Of a stretch of DNA of 64,000 nt, positions 59,670 to 64,000 are shown in pieces. The notes under the pieces were generated by a model that was given only the letters and a program-made list of their open reading frames with translations, made no database searches and was not told where the DNA came from. The stretch is from an uncultured Kiritimatiellota bacterium (GTDB lineage: Bacteria; Verrucomicrobiota; Kiritimatiellia; RFP12; DVOR01). Position numbers and translations under genes: made by a program. Each line of letters opens with the position of its first letter. The first letter of the stretch is position 1. Location of the stretch: positions 108,645-172,644 of the forward strand of contig CALXMT010000002.1 in NCBI GenBank assembly GCA_944389545.1, written 5' to 3'.

Positions 59670-61526
59670 TTACTCGATTTCGGCCAGGGGTTCGCCCTTC
59701 TGGACGGTCTCGCCGGGCTTGACCAAGAAGCGGACGATCTTGCAATCCTCGGTCGCCTTGACGGGATTGAAGAGCTTCATGGCCTCCAACACGCAGACGG
59801 GCTGGCCGGCCTTCACGGTTGCGCCTTCCTCGACCATGTTGGGCTTGCCGGGGGCGTCGGCGCGATAGAAGGTGCCGGTGAGGGTGGCGTTCAGCGTCTT
59901 CTTCGGCGCGGCGGCAGGCGCAGGTGTGGCCTCCGCGGGGGCGGCTTCAGCCGTCGGCGCGGACGTCGCGGCCAGGGCGGAGGCATCGACCTTGATGTTG
60001 CCACCGAGCGACCCGAAGAGGGCCACGAACTGCTTGCCGATGACAGCGAACTTGGCGTCGTCCGCGGAGAGCGGCGCGGGTTTGGGCGCTTCCTCGGCCT
60101 TCTTGGCCTGCTCGGCGGCCTTGGCGATGGTGAGTTCGCCATCGGCGGGGATGGGGTCGCGTTCGCCTTCGGGTTTGGCGCGCCACTTGAAGTAATCCAG
60201 CGCCACGGCCGGGAACATGCAGTAGGAGAGGATGTCTTCCTCGCTCTTCACCAGCTTGGGGTCGAGCTCCTTGGCGGCCTTGGCCAAGCCGGGCTCGAGC
60301 AGGTCGGCGGGACGGCAGGTGATCTTCTTTTCCTTGCCGAGGATCTTCTTCTCGAGCTTGGGATCGACCGGCGCGGGGGAACGGCCATAGTAGCCGGCAA
60401 CGTACTGGCGCGTCTCGTTGGTGACGGTCTCGTAGCGCTTGCCGGTGAGGACGTTGAGGACGGCCTGCACGCCCATGATTTGCGAGGTGGGCGTGACGAG
60501 CGGGGGATAGCCCATGTCCTTGCGCACGCGGGGGAGCTCTTCGAGCACCTCGGGCAACTTGTCGAGGGCGCCCTGCTGGGCCAGCTGGCTGCGGGTGTTC
60601 GAGATCATGCCGCCGGGAATGTGGTGGATGAGCACCTGCACGTCCACGACCTCGGCGTTGGCGTTGGCCTGGAGGGCGCGCTGGGGCTTGAGCTTCTTGA
60701 AGTACTCGTCGATCTCGGTGATGCGGTCGACCTTCACGCCGGTCTCATAGCCCAAGCCTTCGAAGATGGCCTTCATCGTGCCGTGGGCCGGCTGCGAGGA
60801 GAAGCCCGAGAGGGTGGCGACGGCGCAGTCGATGGCGCCCGCACCGGCCTCGACGGCGGCCATGTACATCGCGGGGGCCATGCCGCTGGTCATGTGCGAG
60901 TGCACCTCGATGGGGAGGTCGGGGAGGGCCTTCTTGAGGGCGCCGACGAGCTCGCGGGCGGCGGCGGGCGTCAGGATGCCGGCCATATCCTTGATGGCGA
61001 GGGAGTCAATGCCCAGGTCGACCTGCTCCTTGGCGAACTTCACGAAGTTGGCCGCGGTGTGGACAGGGGAGACGGTGTAGCAAATGGTGCCCTGCGCGTG
61101 GCCGCCGTACTTCTTGACGGCCTTGATGGCGGCCTCGAGGTTGCGCACATCGTTCAGCGCGTCGAAGCAACGGAAGATGTCCATGCCGTTCTCGCACATC
61201 TTCGCGACGCAACGCTCCAGCACGTCGTCCGGATAGTGCTTGTAGCCCAGGCAGTTCTGGCCGCGGAGCAACATCTGCAACGGCGTCTTCTTGCAGACGG
61301 CCTTGATTTGGCGCAGACGCTCCCAGGGGTCTTCACGGAGGAAGCGCATGCAGACATCGAACGTCGCGCCGCCCCAGCACTCAATCGCGTAGAAGCCCGC
61401 GTCGTCCACCGCCTCCAGGATGCCCAAGATATCCTTGGTGCGCATACGCGTGGCCCAGAGCGACTGGTGTGCGTCGCGCAAGGTGGTGTCGACGAAACGA
61501 ACCCGTTTCTTCTCGGTTTTGACCAT
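59670..61526 (-). CDS. biotin-dependent carboxyltransferase 5S subunit with C-terminal biotinyl domain (oxaloacetate decarboxylase alpha / pyruvate carboxylase subunit B)
   Basis: VRFVDTTLRDAHQSLWATRM (TIM-barrel carboxyltransferase) and the biotinyl-lysine motif LEAMKLFNPV near the C-terminus. Confidence 0.85.
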   Translation of the reverse strand: MVKTEKKRVRFVDTTLRDAHQSLWATRMRTKDILGILEAVDDAGFYAIECWGGATFDVCMRFLREDPWERLRQIKAVCKKTPLQMLLRGQNCLGYKHYPDDVLERCVAKMCENGMDIFRCFDALNDVRNLEAAIKAVKKYGGHAQGTICYTVSPVHTAANFVKFAKEQVDLGIDSLAIKDMAGILTPAAARELVGALKKALPDLPIEVHSHMTSGMAPAMYMAAVEAGAGAIDCAVATLSGFSSQPAHGTMKAIFEGLGYETGVKVDRITEIDEYFKKLKPQRALQANANAEVVDVQVLIHHIPGGMISNTRSQLAQQGALDKLPEVLEELPRVRKDMGYPPLVTPTSQIMGVQAVLNVLTGKRYETVTNETRQYVAGYYGRSPAPVDPKLEKKILGKEKKITCRPADLLEPGLAKAAKELDPKLVKSEEDILSYCMFPAVALDYFKWRAKPEGERDPIPADGELTIAKAAEQAKKAEEAPKPAPLSADDAKFAVIGKQFVALFGSLGGNIKVDASALAATSAPTAEAAPAEATPAPAAAPKKTLNATLTGTFYRADAPGKPNMVEEGATVKAGQPVCVLEAMKLFNPVKATEDCKIVRFLVKPGETVQKGEPLAEIE

Positions 61527-61937
61527 GAGTCTACTTCCTTTCGCTGGTCAAGCCATGGGGCTTGGAATCATAAAACGCCTCTCATTATCCCACTTTCCAC
61601 CGCCGGGGTCAAGTTTCAATAGTCGTTTTGGTGAGAGCGTGGGGTATAAAAGTAGGCCGATAGGGACCGGATAAAAGGCGTTTGTTGATTCCTTGGAACG
61701 CGTGACTGTCTGAGTATCATGAGGATAAATCGTGATAGCGTCAGGGAGGCGGTTGGACGGTGCGTTGAATTCGAGCGAGGCGCGAGTGGGCATGGGGGTG
61801 CGGGCTCGGTCTTTGTTAGCTGTTCTCTAACATTTCCAAAACAAAGATTTAACCTAACCTTGAGGTTTGTATGTTGACCCTGTGCGCGGGAATTTGGTAC
61901 AATGCACACATTATCCTTTAAGAAAGGGAACGACAGC

Positions 61938-62513
61938 ATGGAAAACCTCGACGCACTTTTGGAAAAGATCCGAACGGACGGCATTGAAGCCGCGAAGCAG
62001 GAGGCGGCGGACATCGTCGCAAAAGCCCAAAAGGAGGCGGCGGAGACCGTGGCGAAGGCCAAGGCTGAAGCCCAGGCCGAGCGTGACCGGGCGAAGGCCG
62101 ACGCGGAGCGTCTGGCGCAGGGTGCGGAAGCGACCATCCGTCAGGCCGCGCGCGACGTGCTGTTGAAGTTGGGGCAGGACATCGAGGCCCTCTTCGAGCG
62201 GACGCTCGGGGGCGCGGTGGATGAGGCTTTGGCCAAGGGCGCGACGGTGGAGGGTCTCGTCGAGGCCGCCGTCAAGGGTTATATTAAGGAAGGCGACGTG
62301 ACCATCGAGGCCGCGCCCGGGCTGGCGGAGGCGCTGAAGGCGCGTCTGGCCAAGCAGGGTGAGGCGACGGTGGTGACGGACCCGCAGATGGGGACGGGCT
62401 TCAAGGTTCGTCTGGCGGGTGGCCGCGTGGAACACGATTTCTCGGGCGATGCCGTGCGCGAGGCGCTGGCCGGCCTGTTGCGTCCGCAGCTGGCGAAGCT
62501 CCTGGAGGCCTAA
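61938..62513 (+). CDS. ntpE: V/A-type ATPase subunit E
   Basis: 192 aa helical N-terminus (LDALLEKIRTDGIEAAKQEAADIVAKAQKEA...) with a globular C-terminus; RBS AAGAAAGGGA upstream. First gene before subunit A. Confidence 0.6.
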   Translation: MENLDALLEKIRTDGIEAAKQEAADIVAKAQKEAAETVAKAKAEAQAERDRAKADAERLAQGAEATIRQAARDVLLKLGQDIEALFERTLGGAVDEALAKGATVEGLVEAAVKGYIKEGDVTIEAAPGLAEALKARLAKQGEATVVTDPQMGTGFKVRLAGGRVEHDFSGDAVREALAGLLRPQLAKLLEA

Positions 62514-62516
62514 GGC

Positions 62517-63041
62517 GTGAGCCTGGTGTATTTGTTGGCTTCGTTGCCGATGCTGACCTATGGCCGTGCGCCGCAAATCACGGTGTCGGCGTTCGCGGAG
62601 GCTTGCGCCTCGGCGCTTTCGGCGAAGGACGCGGCGTGTGCGGCGGCTTTGGCCGCGGGCGCACCCTGTGATCATCCCGCGGCCCGTCAGTGGCAGGATT
62701 TGGAAGCCGCCATCGATGGGGCCATCGGACGGCGCCGTTTGGCGCGCCGTGCGCAGGGCGGCGGCGAGTTCGCCGCGCCGGAGACGGCCGCGTGCCCCGT
62801 GTGGCTGACGCGAATGGTCGATGCGGCCTTTGAAGGCGCGCCCGACCCGTTGGCCCGGGAAGAGGCGCTTGACCGGGCCCGTTGGGCGGCGGCGGATGAG
62901 CTGGGCGGTTTCGACCCCTTGGCGAAAGGCCAGGTCTTCGCCTATGCGGTGCGGTTGCGCCTGGCGGCGCGGCGCGCGGCGTTGGATGCGGCGCAAGGTC
63001 GGGAACGGCTGGAGGCCGCGCTCCCGAAGCAGACTCTTTGA
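62517..63041 (+). CDS. hypothetical protein conserved between V-ATPase E and A genes (chlamydial-type operon layout)
   Basis: 174 aa, Ala/Arg-rich, co-directional and tightly spaced. Confidence 0.4.
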   Translation: MSLVYLLASLPMLTYGRAPQITVSAFAEACASALSAKDAACAAALAAGAPCDHPAARQWQDLEAAIDGAIGRRRLARRAQGGGEFAAPETAACPVWLTRMVDAAFEGAPDPLAREEALDRARWAAADELGGFDPLAKGQVFAYAVRLRLAARRAALDAAQGRERLEAALPKQTL

Positions 63042-63048
63042 GGTAACT

Positions 63049-64000
63049 ATGGATAAGACGATAGGCAAGGTTACGGGCGTCAACGGCAACATGATTACGG
63101 TGGCGTTCACCGGGGCCGTGGCGCAGAATGAGGTGGGTTACGCCTGCATCCCCGGCAAGGATCGCCCCCTGCGGCTGATGAGCGAGATTGTGCGTATCCG
63201 CGACGGTGTGGCCGATATGCAGGTCTTCGAGGATACGCGTGATCTGCAGGTCGGCGACGCGTTGGAGTTCTCCGGCGACATGCTCGCCGCGGAGCTCGGC
63301 CCGGGCCTGCTCGGCCGCGTTTACGATGGCTTGCTGAACCCCCTCCCCGAGCTGGCCGAGCAGTGCGGCTTCTTCCTGCAGCGCGGCACCTATCTGCCTT
63401 CGCTCGACCGTACCACGAAGTGGGCCTTCACGCCCGTGGCCAAGCCCGGCGATCGCCTGACGGCCGGTGAGACGGTCGGCACGGTGCCCGAAGGCGTCCA
63501 TACGCACCGCATCATGATTCCCTTCGCCTGGCGCGGCGTCTACACGGTGAAGTCCGTGGCCCCCGCGGGCGAGTACACGGTGGAAGATACGGTGGCGACG
63601 GTGACCGACGCCAAGGGCCAGGAGCACGAGGTGAAGCTGATGCAGCGTTGGCCCGTGAAGCTCCCCATCACCTGCTACGCCGAGCGTCTGCGCCCCACCG
63701 AGACCCTCTCCACGGGCATCCGTTCCGTGGATACCTTCTTCCCTGTGGCCGTCGGCGGCACCTATTGCATCCCCGGTCCCTTCGGCGCCGGCAAGACGGT
63801 GATCCAGCACCAGACCTCGCAGTATGCGGACGTCGACATCGTGATCGTGGCGGCCTGCGGCGAGCGCGCCGGTGAGGTCGTCGAGACCCTCCGCGAGTTC
63901 CCCGAGCTCATTGACCCGAAGACGGGCCGCACGCTGATGGACCGCACGGTCATCATCTGCAACACCTCGTCCATGCCCGTGGCGGCGCGTGAGGCCTCCG
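63049..64000 (+). CDS. ntpA: V/A-type ATPase catalytic subunit A (5' part; continues beyond window)
   Basis: MDKTIGKVTGVNGNMITV... (N-terminal beta-barrel) and Walker A GPFGAGKTV at ~63780; no stop codon within the window. Confidence 0.85.
   Translation, partial: MDKTIGKVTGVNGNMITVAFTGAVAQNEVGYACIPGKDRPLRLMSEIVRIRDGVADMQVFEDTRDLQVGDALEFSGDMLAAELGPGLLGRVYDGLLNPLPELAEQCGFFLQRGTYLPSLDRTTKWAFTPVAKPGDRLTAGETVGTVPEGVHTHRIMIPFAWRGVYTVKSVAPAGEYTVEDTVATVTDAKGQEHEVKLMQRWPVKLPITCYAERLRPTETLSTGIRSVDTFFPVAVGGTYCIPGPFGAGKTVIQHQTSQYADVDIVIVAACGERAGEVVETLREFPELIDPKTGRTLMDRTVIICNTSSMPVAAREAS

Noticed and set aside
61911-63110. 399-aa minus-strand ORF
   Set aside because: Antisense to the V-ATPase E/unknown/A genes; Arg/Gly/Pro-rich artefact.

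Overview
This window is from a high-GC (~65-70%) bacterial chromosome; the V-type ATPase layout and exosortase/EpsI gene suggest the PVC group. The region is gene-dense and most genes lie on the minus strand.

Housekeeping genes called:
- bamA, skp, dnaB and hisI;
- glgP, two tandem rpoD paralogs and an RRM protein;
- a SAM-cycle cluster (metK, a MtaD-like deaminase, an SAHH-like protein) running on into manA, dxr and cdsA;
- trkH, a PflA-like radical-SAM activase, a GT2 glycosyltransferase, a DUF192 protein and an exosortase-EpsI fusion;
- an arginase-family enzyme, mtnN, topA, a thioesterase and yggS;
- coaB, panD, a tricorn-like protease, an MsbA-like ABC exporter and an oxaloacetate decarboxylase alpha / pyruvate carboxylase B subunit;
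- the start of a V-type ATPase operon (E, an unknown gene, then A).

Two accessory islands stand out.
1. A type III-B CRISPR-Cas locus at 6.3-16.4 kb. Its gene order is card1/can2 (CARF plus PD-ExK nuclease), an unknown 152-codon ORF, a very short HD-less Cas10 that keeps GGDD, then cmr3, cmr4, cmr5, an extended cmr6 and cmr1. A 37-repeat array of a 36-bp repeat follows. No cas6, cas1 or cas2 is in the window.
2. A ~4-kb low-GC island at 48.2-52.4 kb carrying four orphan membrane or secreted ORFs.

Both islands are bounded by the same two non-coding repeat elements: a ~335-360 bp MITE-like element with ~38-bp terminal inverted repeats, and a cluster of six near-palindromic ~22-bp iterons (core GACCACTATAGGGTC) preceded by AGGGGTGTTGG. 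Several intergenic regions also hold mosaic repeats, namely GAGAACR heptads, AAACTTCY octamers and fragments of the MITE-like element. All calls rest on reading the sequence and ORF translations; no database search was possible.
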